Notes: a model not told the origin generated them from the sequence alone. 64,000 nt of DNA from Rhizophagus irregularis (GCF_026210795.1 NC_089431.1:5084001-5148000), one strand, 5' to 3'. Positions 26,913 to 39,954 are shown, numbered from the stretch's first letter. Made by a program: numbers and translations.

Positions 26913-28171
26913 TAGGGTTGGTAAAATAACCGTTAGTTATGAATTTGGTTAATTAACCGGTTAATTAACGGTTAGTTAACGGTTAATTAACCCATAAATA
27001 ACCTGTATATATAATTTTAAGGAAGTTAAAATAAATTTATAATTTATTAAATATTATAAAATTTTAATATATTTTATTTATTCTTCATCATCTAAATTAA
27101 TAACATTTGCTTCAAATCCAAATATACTATCATTATCAGAACTATTATTATTATCATCTTCTTTATTTTCATTATCAGAACTATTATTACTATCTTCTTC
27201 ATTTTCATTAAAATTACTACCCATTTAGCTGTATGAGATTCTTCACCAGAATAAATAGCATCAAAGAATAATGGTTTTGGAGTACAAATAACAAAATTTT
27301 GAACTGATTCTCGATTAATATTAGACCAACCATCTGAAACCATTGTAAGAGATTTAGCTTGTAAAATTTGTTCATTACATTCAGCTTTAACTTCATCAAA
27401 AACATCATCAAGTAATTCATCAGCAAGTTTTCTTCGATTAGGTAATTTGAATGCTGGACGTAATTGTTGAAAAAACTGAATAACATAATTATTTTCAAGA
27501 AAAGAAAAAGGAACTCCAGCAGCAAATAATGCTTGAGCTAGTAAAATTTCAAGAGTATCTTGTTCTTCTTCACTCATACGATCAACAAAATTCTCAATTG
27601 TTGTATTTTTTAAATGCTTTTTTGATGTTTTTACTGTAGGAATAAAAGTAGAAGTAGTAGCATCAGAAGTTTCTAATAGTTCAGGAATTTGTTGTTTCTT
27701 TGTTTTTGCACTTTCTGGAGCTCTAGGACAACTATCATTAAGATGAACTTGCATTCTTTTAGCTGTACCTTGTTCAAAAACTTTAGAACAATAATTACAA
27801 CGTACAGAAGGATGTGTTTTTTTCTTAGACCTACTACTTTCTTCATTACTTTCTGCTTCAGTAATTATTGTCCAATGTTTCCAAACAGTTCCCTTTTTTT
27901 TTACCATGATAATGAACAATAAATTTGCAAAAAAAAAGTGTTTTTTTAAAAAAAATTTATCTTAAAAAAAAGATCATGCAATATGTAGATCATAGATTTA
28001 ATCAATATTTATATTAATTAATATTTAATTGTGTAACAAAATAATGGATTATCATTTAATCACATGATTTAAATTCTGCATTTTGATTGGCTAATTATAA
28101 ATAACGGTTAATTAACCATTTTAAATCAATCATAACTAACAAAATTAACGGTTAATTAACCCCCATCCCTA
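26913..28171 (-). mobile_element. Non-autonomous hAT transposon (internal deletion derivative) nested in the LINE RNase H domain
   Basis: Perfect 8-bp TSD atagcgga (26905..26912 and 28172..28179); termini TAGGG(T/A)TGG; subterminal ggttaattaacc repeats. Confidence 0.93.
27076..27907 (-). pseudogene. Truncated hAT transposase (BED zinc finger plus start of the DUF659-type catalytic region)
   Basis: VWKHW...CNYC...H...C BED finger, then GVPFSFLEN...LRPAFKLPNRRKL and VSDGWSN. After SHTAKW it jumps, out of frame, to an acidic tail (NENEEDSNNSSDNE...NLDDEE*). Confidence 0.85.
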
Positions 28172-30943
28172 ATAGCGGACCATAAAATATTATTGTTGAT
28201 TTTATTGAAAAGTCTCGGTGAGATTGAATGTAAATTTCTCGTCTTGTAGAATGAATCTATGGCAGCTTGAGAGTCCGTATGAATATTAACAAAACAATTA
28301 CTAGGACATACTATTAACGCAGTTAAAATAGCCATTGTTTCCGCTTTGGTTGATGACGGAAAAAATCTAAGAGATCCATTGTAAGTGATGTTAGTACCAG
28401 TAAGGTTTGAGGTTGTCCATCCATAACCCATAGGGAAACCCTCATGTATATTAGTAGGATCATAAGAGCCATCGGTGTATATGTCAAGAATTGTAAACGA
28501 ATTAAGGTTAATGGAAATTACTTTCATATCCTCTGCGATTTTGATATCGTCGATTAGGCAGGTGATTAACTTATCATTGGTTGAAGAGCGTATGACTGAG
28601 TCAGAATTTAACGAAGGTGGTGCAATCAGTCTAAAATCAACTGTGGAGTTATGTCCCTGTTGTAATAAGAAATCATTAAAGGCTAATAGACGATAATGAG
28701 GATGACTATATTTTAATAGTTGAAAAGAATTAATCGTAATAGCAGGACGTGGGGAAAGTTCTTCTCGTTTCTTCTTGCTAAAAGCATCTATTAAAATTAA
28801 ATCTTGATGTTTGACTTGAATAATACATTTTGGTCTGAGATTACCAACATAATATGTGAAATGCTGAGCACATCCTTGGCATTTAGTAATAATGTTGGGC
28901 AATGAACGTGGTGTTGTAGAAGGAAGCGTAAACGTCAAATCTTTGTGGATCCAATGTTCTAAATATGATACTGGTAAACAATTAGGGAAATGGCTCGTAC
29001 TCATAAGTTTGCCGTATGTGATGTCAGATAAGTGTTGTGTCCAAGTAGCAACCCATTGTTGAGATTTTTTTGGATGGTGAAGAGTTATTGGATCTACCGG
29101 TGGGATAGCAGGGCGTGGAGCAGAAGGGTTTTGAATAATCGGTCTATCTAAATCAAAATATAGTCTCCCTTGATTGTTGATGGTGATATTATCTTTTAAA
29201 AATTGATACCAACGGGGGATTTTACCGCCTTTGTGAGTAAGATGCTTTTTTATATCCTTGTAATCCTCCAAGTAAGCGTGATCTTTTGTAATAATGTGGT
29301 CCAAGAACATGATACCTTTGTTCTTAATACTATTTAAATGAGCAAATAAAAATTTTTTATCTATAATAAAATGTGAAAGCGGATAAGAACCTCCTTTTGT
29401 AGTAAATTTAAAATTAGACGAAAGAGAAAGATTATAAAATTTAAAAAAAGTTAAAAGTGATTCTATTCTAGAAAAACATCGTAAAGGTTTATCAAATAAA
29501 TCAAAAAAAAATTAATAGGAGAATTTGGTAACCAATATTTTTGCTGACATAATAAGAATAAAAATTTTAAAGTATTTGAGGTATGCGGGCAATTTGCTTG
29601 TGCGACCAATAAAGAAGATTGGACTTTTAGTTGATGATCGAAAAAATTTACTATATTCGGGTATATGTTGCTGTGTAATACAGAGTTATATGTACTTTTA
29701 GGGAGAGATAAAGAGTGTTTAAAAGTGGATCGCAAAGAGATGTTGATTTTGTTACATTGATTAATAGAAAGTATGAAGTGTTGTGGTAAAAAAGCTTCCT
29801 AAAAAGCATTAATGATAAAAGATATACACTTCAATAAGATCACGTGACTAAAAGTAGTGCGCCTTTGTCATCTTTCATGACCGTTAAAACTAAAATAATA
29901 GAAGTTTTTATCAACACATTTTGCCAATTAAAAACATAATTATATAGAATTTTTGAATTAATTAATTATTAAATATATGGTCAAAACTTGGATGGAATAA
30001 TTCGTTATGAAAATCCTGTTCTGAACTATAATAATAGTTGCCATCAGAATTAATTATGACATACAAAACTTATACTGTAATACCCGAATAATTCTTATTT
30101 TGATAGTTACGATTTTTATCCAGATAAATATCCGATTAAAAAATATCCGGTTTGACCCAGAATCCAGATTTACTGTTAATCACTCTTATTTATAATTTAT
30201 GTATCATAATTAAATTTTTACATATGATTACTATATGTAGATAAGTAAGTTACTTTGCAGAAACCCGTGATTTATTACCATCCATTAAATCACAAACGAT
30301 CTCGTGAAATTGCCGATAACATATCTTTACGAAGTTGTAAAATGCTATTAAATAGGTGGTGAATATGGTGAATAGGTGATTAATAACATCGAGAATTGGT
30401 AGTGAAAATTAATCTAAGATATTTCTTAGTATTAAATATTATTTAGTGATGAATCTGCCAATTTATTTTTTATATAAATTTGATAATTTTTAACATCGGG
30501 AAAAGCCTTATGTATCATGTGATACACGTGATATTATAAAATAACTATAGTGGTCTAAACTATAAAAATAAACTATTTTTATAAACATTTTTTCAACAAA
30601 TTTTCCCTTTTGCTCTTTACAGTTTACCTTTCATTTCCCCCATTTCTTTCCTTCATTTTTCTCTTCATTCCTTCTCCCCTTCATTGTTTTATATCTTTTT
30701 AAAAAAATTTTTTTTTCTGTTAAAAAAAACTCTGTTTTAAATTTGCTTAAAACAAATTTATTCTTCTTCACAATTTTTTTTAACCATCATATTTTTAATT
30801 TTTTTATAAATTTCATTTTTCTTCCCTCATCCTTTCCTTCTTCTCTCGTATTTTATTTAAAAGAGTTGAAGAAAACCTACAAAAAAAATCAAATTCTATA
30901 ACGATAATGAAACATTATAACATTTCAATTTTTTTTTTTTTAG

Positions 30944-31696
30944 GCAGCTCCCTCGGTCTCCTATGTGACATTTTGTAAGTTTTAGAAAAATTGTTTTTAA
31001 TTTATTTAATGAACGGTCACTAACAGTTCTTTTTTTTTAGGTAGTTCTTCGGGTCTCTTTGGACGCGTGGGATTTCATTTTTGGTAAGTTTTTTTTCTTG
31101 TTTTAGTTTATTTATTCTAACGAAACATATGTTAACGTTTTTTTTTTTAGACAGGATGGACACATGGGAAAGAAAATCGGGGTTATATGTTTTTTTCGAA
31201 TTTAATTCTTTTTGTTTTAGGTGACTTTTCTAGATGGGAGATGAGATTTTGATGGGAGGGTTTTTTTAAATGATTTTTTCGTGAAATGTTTACTAGCATT
31301 TCATTTTTTTCTTTTTAGATATCGATGAGGTACCTTTTCTAAGCTTAGGGATTTCATGAGAGTTGAATTAAACCAAATCAGTTTAAAGATGAGTACCAAG
31401 AAGCGAAAATCTTAGAACTTTACAATGGAATTATGAAAGATAAATGTGAGTTTCAAAATAATTTCAAAACTAAATTTAAAAAGATATTTTAATAACATTT
31501 TTGTTCATCTCTTTCATAAAACACCAGCCCCACCTTTGTTACCGGAACCCCGAAGGTGTGTTTCAGAATACTTTCAAAGACTTTCTTTTTAAAAACTTTT
31601 TTTGCGTAATAACCTTTATTTATTTATTTATTCTTATTTATTTATTTATTTTTTAGAGGAATGGCTCCCAATATATATAGAAATACAAGAATTCTA
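30944..31696 (+). other. Array of ORF-less mini-exons with canonical splice signals (putative spliced non-coding or TE-derived transcript)
   Basis: Repeated (T)nAG acceptors ending at 30943, 31040, 31150, 31220, 31318 and 31656; donors GTAAGT/GTGAGT near 30975, 31084, 31446 and 31697; CTAAC branch motifs. Confidence 0.55.
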
Positions 31697-33029
31697 GTAA
31701 GTTTCAAAAATTTTGAAAAAAATGTTATTAATAGGACATTTAACATTATAGGAAAATTAATATCTATGTTTAATGAACAATTAGTTTTATTTATAGATTA
31801 GAATAATTCGTATGATTAGATTTAGGATAGAGCAATTTAATATTTCTAAAATAAAGTTTATAATGCATCAACTTTAAAATAAATAAACTAGCAACTTTAA
31901 TATTTGTTTACTATAACTTAAACATGCATTTAATATAATTTAAATATACTTTACTATATGTTTTCGATTTCAATACTATTTTTGCACGAGCCGGTTAAAT
32001 CGGGTGACGATTTCCTTAATATACATCAACTTTATACATACGACTTATAATCAAGATTTGGTCACGATATGGTATTAATTCTTTACGATAAGTTCTATGA
32101 TAAAGTTTTGATATAGCTACAACTTACGATATGGGTTTGATTTTAAAGTTTTTGCAAAGTATACTATTAACTAAAAAATTATCGTGTTAAATTATTTTAG
32201 TAATTACATATGTATTTATTTTTCATTGGCAAAAAAAATGAAAAACTCATTTTATGTACTTATTTATTATAAACTATTAAGGTACTACGTTTTACTAAAT
32301 AGTTATATTAAATTTGCTACAATATGTACTATGCTTGTAAAAGTTGTGACGTAGTCGCAACTTTGTGTCAATTTCCTTTTTTGGAATCATAACATCACGT
32401 GATATAATGCGAAAAAATCGACCCGGCATTACTGAAATTAAGCAAGTTGCCGTAATTATTACTTATGGCGTCTATCCAAATTTTTTTTCATTGGACAGGT
32501 TTTAGACAGATCACATGACAAAAAATTTAATAAATTATATATAATAACTTTAATGGCCAGAATTATGACTAATTTTGGCTAATATTTTGATTTTAGTTCA
32601 ATTATTAAATTATCTCAAAAAATCTTTAAATATTAGTATTTTTAATATTATTTGATTCTACATTAATTTTTTATCATTTAATATATTAAATATTTACTTT
32701 TTTAACTCCAACATTATATTTATATTTTATTTTTAGTTTAATATTAGAACTTTTGAACAATTTTAAATTGTCCAAAACTATGTCCAAAACTGGTTTTGGA
32801 CAGTCCAAAATAGTCCAATTAAAAAAAGCAATTGGACAAGTCCAAAAACCCAATACTGGGCCCGTCCGCCCGCCTATAACCGTATAACGGATCAAATTTC
32901 TAACCAGTTATAGTCAAAATGATTCGATATATCGTATCACGAGATCATGAACCAAGTAACGTGATAATATTTGGCCAGAATTATAATAATCTTAATTCTG
33001 GCCAAAGTAATTAAAATTTTATATTCACT

Positions 33030-33546
33030 TCTATGACTTAAAACTGTGTATATTAATTTTATTAGTGTGAGAAAATTTTTAAAATTTTTCGCTATACCGA
33101 ATATCCCAATAAACCGGATAAACCGAGATCCGGTTTATCGAATTTCACTAGTATTTATTTATTTGTTTGTTTATTTATTAAACATTATTACAAATACAAA
33201 AGCGGAATAATTTGTACTTGTATCACAAATACCTATGGCGCATTATTTTATAATAAAAGTTATTTATACTGAATCAATTTAATAAACATTTTTCATGACC
33301 TCTATGACTTAAAACTAAGTGTATATTAATTTTATTATTGTGAGAAAATTTTTAAAATTTTTTCGCTATACCGAATATCCCGACAAACCGGATAAACCGA
33401 TAGATCCGGTTTATCGAATTTCACTAGTATTTATTTATTTATTTGTTTATTTATTAAACATTATTACAAAATACAAATACAAAAGCGTAATAATTTGTAC
33501 TTGTATCACAAATAATGTACCTATGGCGCATTATTTTATAATAAAA
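33030..33546. repeat. Direct tandem duplication (period about 270 bp) containing a hAT-like terminus
   Basis: 33030..33258 is nearly identical to 33301..33546; both contain aaaccggataaaccga..gatccggtttatcgaatttcacta. Confidence 0.85.
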
Positions 33547-34169
33547 ATTCTAATGTATCAATATATTTATTTTATAAAATTATTTGAAAAATTTTCTGGT
33601 GAAATATTTGATAATCATTTAAATTATACGTTTCGCAACATCCATAATTTATTTTACTACAAGTAAAATAGAATAGAGAAATAGATAAACAGTAAAAGAG
33701 AAGTCTAATTATTTAAAGGGAAACGTCTTTGAATATTTTGTACACTTATTCATAAATATCATGTGTAACAATTCAAAATTTATAAAAATCTTGTGCCAAA
33801 CTTAAAATTCGATATAATACACTATTCAAGAAATTTGTCTTCAACAAATTATACGTAATTTTATTATGCACATTGCGCAATAAGCAATCTGTTTACAACA
33901 TATGACTTAAAATGACGTAACTAAATTAGTAATATGGCGTAATTAATTAAGAGTTCGGATTTGGCTAGACAATTGATATTTTATTATTATTTAGCTGAAA
34001 ATTGATAGTTTAATTTTGTATCACGTGAACGCAGCTGCATATTACATCATAATCACGTAATTACACGATCGTTTACGACGTTACGTGTAAACTCCTACCG
34101 AAAAAATATATATATTAAAAGGGCTTTTTTTTTCCTTTAAATTCTTCATGTTTTCCTTTTATTTAAATA

Positions 34170-35727
34170 ATGGTCGATAATAAACTTTTACCGAAATTAT
34201 CACAAAATTTAATCGAAATGTTAAATGATGAAGAATATTACGATGTTACAATTGAAGTTGGTAATGATCCTAACGTAAAAATATTTCGTGCTCACATGGT
34301 AATTTTAAATTATCGTTCTCCTTATTTGAGAAGAATTTTGTCGACCAATAATAAAAAGAATAATGATGAAAATTTGACATATATTAAATTACCAAATGTT
34401 TCACCTGAATTTTTTCATATAGTATTAAAGTATGAAATATATTGTTTTCTTTTCTTTTCTTTTTTATTTTTTTGCTCTTTTACGTATCATTTAATTTAAC
34501 AACCGTTTTTATTTTACTTTTTTTTGTTTCAGATATATTTATGGGGGAATACTAACTTTTGAAAAATATGATACTTCCGATATCATAAAAATTTTGGTCG
34601 CCGCTAATGAACTTGGCCTTCAAGAATTAATTCCCTATTTGGAATCTTATTTAATTGAAAATAAAAAAAATGGGTTGGAAGAGAATTTTGATTTAATATA
34701 TCGAACAAGTTTTGAAAACGATTCTTTCTCAGAACTTCAAAAATATTGTACAGATTTAATTTCAAAAGAACCAAATAAAATATTTAGTTCATTAAATTTT
34801 TCTTCGATTCCAGAAAAAATATTAATTACAATCATTCAAAATAATAGCCTTCAAATGAGTGAGATTCAAGTTTGGGAACATGTGATTAAATGGGGACTCG
34901 CACAAAATCAAGAACTTCCTTCTGATCCTACAAATTTTTCTAAAGATGATTTCAATTCTTTAAAGATTACTTTACAACATTGTATTCCTTTTATTAGGTT
35001 CTTTAATTTAGATTCAAAAGAATTTTCAAAGAAAGTATTACCTTATAAAAAAATTTTACCAAAAGAATTATATAAAGATTTATTAGATTATTTTTTGGAT
35101 AATGATAGCAAAAAGTCGATACCTCGTATAATTAAAGAGAAAGAAATTTATTCAAAAAACATTGATTCTAAAATTATTACATTTCAGCACGCTGAATTAA
35201 TTACAAAATGGATTGATAGATTAGAAATTACAGATAAATTAAAAACTTCGTATGTATTCAAATCGTTATATCGTGATTCTCGTGATGGGTTAAGTGGATC
35301 ATTTAGATTTGATAAATTTTATGAAATCTGTAAAAATCAATCTCAAACATTATTAGTTATTAAAATGAAAAATTGTAACGAAATTATTGGAGGATATAAT
35401 CCAATTGAATGGAAATTTAATGATAGTTATGGCGTAACTAAAGATAGTTTCATATTTGCTTTTGGTGGCAAAGGTACTAAGCATCATATTATAAGTCGTG
35501 TAATTAATGAAACGAAAGCAATATATGGTAGTTTCTTTACCAGTTTTGGTCCATCTTTCGGTGATAAAGATTTGTATTTAAAAAAAAATAGTTATAATAA
35601 TGAATTAAAAGTTATTTGTAACAAAAATGATTATGAAAAGCATATTAGAAATACCAATAATTCATGTTTTGTAGAGGAATTTGAAGTATTTCAGGTCGTT
35701 CCGTTATCTAAATTCAACAAAAATTGA
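34170..35727 (+). CDS. BTB/POZ-BACK-TLDc protein, copy 6 (intact)
   Basis: Exons 34170..34429 and 34533..35727; intron 34430..34532; spliced in frame. Confidence 0.92.
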
Positions 35728-36403
35728 TGTATGTATTTATCAAATAAAATAGAAGATTTTAAATATACGAAATAAATTGATCGAATCAATTAATGATAAG
35801 AAAAGAGAAGACCTATCGGGTGAAAATATTCCCGGTTTATGTAGATTTTTTCTTTATTAGGTCTTCACTTTTCTTTTAGGTATGTAGGTTGGGAGTGTAG
35901 GTTGTGTATGGACGAATGGACTGAATGGTGTGTTTCTTTTCATCCCACTTCTGTTATTCGTACCCTCTCCCTTATGTAATTGTTTATTTTTATATTTTAT
36001 ATTTTATATTTTATTTATATTTTATTTTATCATTAATTATATTAATTATTAGTTATAGTAATTCACATAAAAACATTTTAATAGAACTTAAATTTATTTT
36101 TTTGAAAGTACTTATATTTAAGCATAATTTTCATTTTTCAAGTAAATAAATGAAATTTTAAAGAATACATTTAAGAAAATAAAATAAATATTTCTAATTT
36201 CTCATTAATCGGCAACTGCAAACTAATGGTAAAGAGTAATAATTTCTCTCTCTTTTAACTCGAATCCCTTCTTGTTGAGTTAGTTTGTCATTTAACTTTC
36301 GAATAGCGCAGTAAAATTAATAAACCGCGCCGCTTAACTTTCATTTTTCAACGAATTGCGCAGTAAAGTTAATTAAACCGCTCCGCTTAACGTGATTGTA
36401 AAT

Positions 36404-37191
36404 TAGGGATGGCAACGGTCACGGTCATTAACCGGTTATGACCAGTCATGACCGTGACCGATATCGGTCGGTCAAAGCCTTCTGACCGACCGTTTGACCG
36501 ATCCTTTAACCGACCCGCAACGTTTTTTATTAAAAAAGTGTGAAAACATTTTTTTTTTTTATGAAATTATTAATAAAAAAAAATTTAATAAAAAACGTTT
36601 TCATAACGTTCTATTAAAATAATTAAAAAAAACGTTGCGAAACTTTTTTTTATAAAATATTTTAAAAAAACATTTTCGCAACGTTTTCTATTAAAATAAT
36701 TAAAAAAACGTTGCGAAACGTTTTTTATTAATTACTTATTAAAAAACGTTGCGAAACGTTTTTATTATCAAATCACATATTACAGCTGATTTCATAATGT
36801 ACGCAAATTTTAAAGAACTCGGAATTATTCGGTAAAGCTCAAAATAAGATAAAATTATACCACCATTCTCGGAATAGTACTTCAAAATAAGCGTATAATT
36901 TTTATTTTATATCAAGCTTTACCGAATATTTCCGAGTCCTTTAAAATTTGCTAAGTGTATAAATTATTAAATTATCTATCTCTGATCATTAGTTCATAAT
37001 GTAGCTTAAGTAGAAGTGCAGAACATTAAACAATATATATTTAAAATCCCGCACATTATGAAATCAGCTGTAATAAGAAACACGGCGTTTAGATTCTTGA
37101 TAACCGACCTCTAATTTTGATAAGAAAGTTTATAGATCAGTCAAACGGTCGGTCAAAGGTTCTTGACCGGTTATGACCGACCATGACCGAC
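36404..37191. mobile_element. hAT-family MITE, right TIR lost; long relative of the 56462 element
   Basis: Starts tagggatggcaacggtc; (t)gaccg/cggtc subterminal repeats at both ends; internal aaaaacgttgcgaaacgttttt repeats. Confidence 0.8.
36783..37070. mobile_element. Tc1/mariner-type MITE nested in the hAT MITE
   Basis: Perfect 18-bp TIR cagctgatttcataatgt with TA on both sides; an additional internal inverted repeat at about 36804-36839 and 36915-36950. Confidence 0.88.
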
Positions 37192-38026
37192 AAGGTCTGT
37201 GTACAAGATAATGAAGATCTTATTACCTTTTTTGGATACTGACCGAAATTATCACAATTCTGGCCCTGAAAAAATGTGTAGTGAAAATTTTTTTTGGCTG
37301 CCCATACACTGCCCATACAAAAAATCAATTAACGTTCAAGGATAAGAGGTTCCGCATGTTTGTTATGATTTGTCCGAATTCGTTAAAAAGAGAACTTTAT
37401 CATGTTCTGTTACCCACGTACATATCTTGTAGAAATTTATTTCTTTCATAAAAACGCTTTTTTTTAATAAGGCACGTGATTTACTGATAATATTCCTCTT
37501 TTTTTTATATTAGGTGACAATATAATACCATTCAGAGCTTTTTTTTTTTAAAAAAAATAGTTAAGAAATCGTGTTAGAAGTATACTGATAAAAAAATGGT
37601 TATTCAAGATCACGGAAATCTTTTGTAATTATGTATTAATGAAAAGAGAAAGTAAAGGTATTATTATAAAAGAAAACATTAACATTAAATATAATGTTAT
37701 CAAAGACAAGACAGAAAATGTCTTTTTTCATTCAGTTATAAATAAATAAAAATAGTTATATATTTTATAGGCTCATCTAATTGAAATTAATTTCAAAGCC
37801 TTGTTTAGTCTTTCTGTCACATCAGCTCTTATGACTATTAGTAACCCCATAAAAAGTAATAGCTAATTGTTAAATCCTTAAAGGTCATCAGCAACAGCGT
37901 AAGTAAATTTACTCAAGAAACGAGAGATGATGTTAAATACAAGTTCCTTGATAAAAGGTCGAAATTATCAACCCAAGTGACGAATCTCTATAATCTCATG
38001 TACTATTAAACAAGAGTTATCAAAAT

Positions 38027-38980
38027 TTAATGTAGAACTTTTATAGTAAAGTGTAATCCAGTATTAGTCGTAAATGGTACTTCAACTCTTCCATTAGGAA
38101 AGTCATCTGGAGTAAGTGAATCATTAACTAATTTTGTTCCATCTATTTTATATGGATAAAGAGCCGTCACCCATCCCGTAATAATACTTGGGCCAGAAAA
38201 AAAACTTTGTTTTGAAATTATTTTTGACCAAAATTCTTCATCAACATTGCCTTTATAGGTTTCAACCAATTTCCATACAACAGGGTCCAACCTATCCAAC
38301 CAAAAATCCATATCTAAGTCTAATTGACGTAATTGAACGACTTTCTCTTGTAATTTTAACCAATCTTCTAAAGTACCTTCAAGAGTAACTTTAGGAATTC
38401 CACAAGTAGCATAACATTTAAACGAAAAATATTCTTTAAGCATATCTAAAAGAACGATTCGACTAGCAGTAAGAGAATTTTTCGTTGTTGTAGAAAAATC
38501 ACATTCTAAAAGAGATTTTACATCAATTTTTTCTACAGCTTGATCAGTTTTCACAACTAACATATTTACTACTTCAGGCCAATTTCCCTCAAGGCGTGAA
38601 TTATTTTGAAACAAAATTCCATCAATAACAACACCAATCTCTTTTTTACCTTCATGATTAACAAAACGATAACGAAATTTTTCTGCATTATAATTAATAT
38701 GTTGACTTACTCCTTGTGCTATAGTTAACCAAATATCATCAGGAGTTAAGAGTAAATGTTGATGATTGTTGTAAGCATGAAAAATTGCAGCAGTTAAACC
38801 ATGAGAAGTCATCGTGTGTTTAAGTACGGATTTATTGATTGACGGAGGTTCATCGTAATCGACTGAAATGGCATGTACAGTTGTATTACGAAAATTCCGA
38901 GAAATATTATCATTTATTAAGATATGTTCTTTAAAATCATTCTCAAGATTAATTTTTTTAGTGAGGATTTGAGCGCTCAT
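38027..38980 (-). CDS. DUF4419-family protein, single exon, probably C-terminally truncated
   Basis: Motifs AYNNHQHLLLTPDDIWLTIAQG, FVNHEGKKEI, CDFSTTT, CGIPKVTLEGTLEDW and ITGWVTALYP, recognised from family knowledge. Confidence 0.8.
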   Translation of the reverse strand: MSAQILTKKINLENDFKEHILINDNISRNFRNTTVHAISVDYDEPPSINKSVLKHTMTSHGLTAAIFHAYNNHQHLLLTPDDIWLTIAQGVSQHINYNAEKFRYRFVNHEGKKEIGVVIDGILFQNNSRLEGNWPEVVNMLVVKTDQAVEKIDVKSLLECDFSTTTKNSLTASRIVLLDMLKEYFSFKCYATCGIPKVTLEGTLEDWLKLQEKVVQLRQLDLDMDFWLDRLDPVVWKLVETYKGNVDEEFWSKIISKQSFFSGPSIITGWVTALYPYKIDGTKLVNDSLTPDDFPNGRVEVPFTTNTGLHFTIKVLH

Positions 38981-39679
38981 CTTTCTTGAATTTTCTTTTG
39001 AAAAATAAAAATGTGCGAAAAATAAGATATCTATTTAAATAAGATTTTAACGTGAAAATTCAACAACTTTTTTTGCTATTGTGGACACCATTAAATCTGC
39101 ACGTCGTTATTTGCAATAACATATTTGAGTATTTTAAATAAGATTGTAACGTGAAAATCGCCCATTTTTCATTGTTAAATCTGCACGTCCTTATTAAGTA
39201 AGAGGTTATTCAGTACTAGTACGAATTTGATCAAACCGATAGGCCCTGTTACCTTGATGCTTAAATAATGGTTATTTAGGCACCAATGTCCATCTAATCA
39301 TAATGGTTATTTGAACACCAATAGGACCTCGTAAAAAGGTAACAATACAGAGTTAACGTATAATGAAAAAAAAATAATCTGCACTATATCCTTCCTTTTT
39401 TAGATAATACCAGGCGGAATTACGCTAATAGTAAATGAGCGCCAATCTCTTGTTACCTATTTATACATTGATTCCTACACCGATTTCCATTTACCATAAT
39501 GGTTATTTGGACCATTTAATAATAAGTTATTTGAATATACAGTAATATATAAAAAAAATTTTATCAATTGTACGCGTACTGGTTTTCAAACATATAATAT
39601 CGTTATTTGTAAGAACAATAATCACATGATCAGTTACAGTAAAGTAATCAAATGATTTATTATTTCAATTTAAACGTAC

Positions 39680-39954
39680 GACCTGGAAAACTATATATAA
39701 AGGTTACCGCCAAAAAATCAAAAAAAAATAGGAGTGAGAACCATAATATGATTGGTTGTTTTGCTGTTTACTCACATGTTTCTATTTCAAATATAGTAAT
39801 AGGGCCAAGAAAGGAAAGATTTTCACAAAAAAATTCTTATTGTTGCGAACCAACACGTGACTTTTACTAATTAATTTGGCGGTGACCTTTTTGAAAATTA
39901 ATTATAGCCTCGAATCATGTTTGGCGGTAACCCCTATTAGAAGTTTTCCAGGTC
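39680..39954. mobile_element. MITE-like element
   Basis: gacctggaaaact...ggttaccgccaaa is inverted at the right end (tttggcggtaacc...agttttccaggtc); no TSD is recognisable. Confidence 0.7.

Larger units (their letters stand above)
25225..29785 (-). mobile_element. 5'-truncated LINE retrotransposon with RNase H domain, carrying two nested DNA elements
   Basis: TSD gtaaaaaagctt(t/c)cta at 25209..25224 and 29786..29801 (15/16 match). (TAAA)n tail at about 25225-25253. RNase H motifs IYTDGS, SSTKAETMAIL, IHTDSQAAI and KVKAHSGNIFNDAAD rejoin in frame once the inserts are removed. The RT core is absent. Confidence 0.9.

Noticed and set aside
32480..32860. gtccaaaa/ttggac repeat cluster as a complete MITE
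   Set aside because: Only one plausible terminus (ccaatactg) and no TSD; left as an unresolved remnant.
33319..33666. 115-aa ORF
   Set aside because: It spans a tandem duplication, a TE-like end and a small antisense BTB scrap; it is not a coherent gene.
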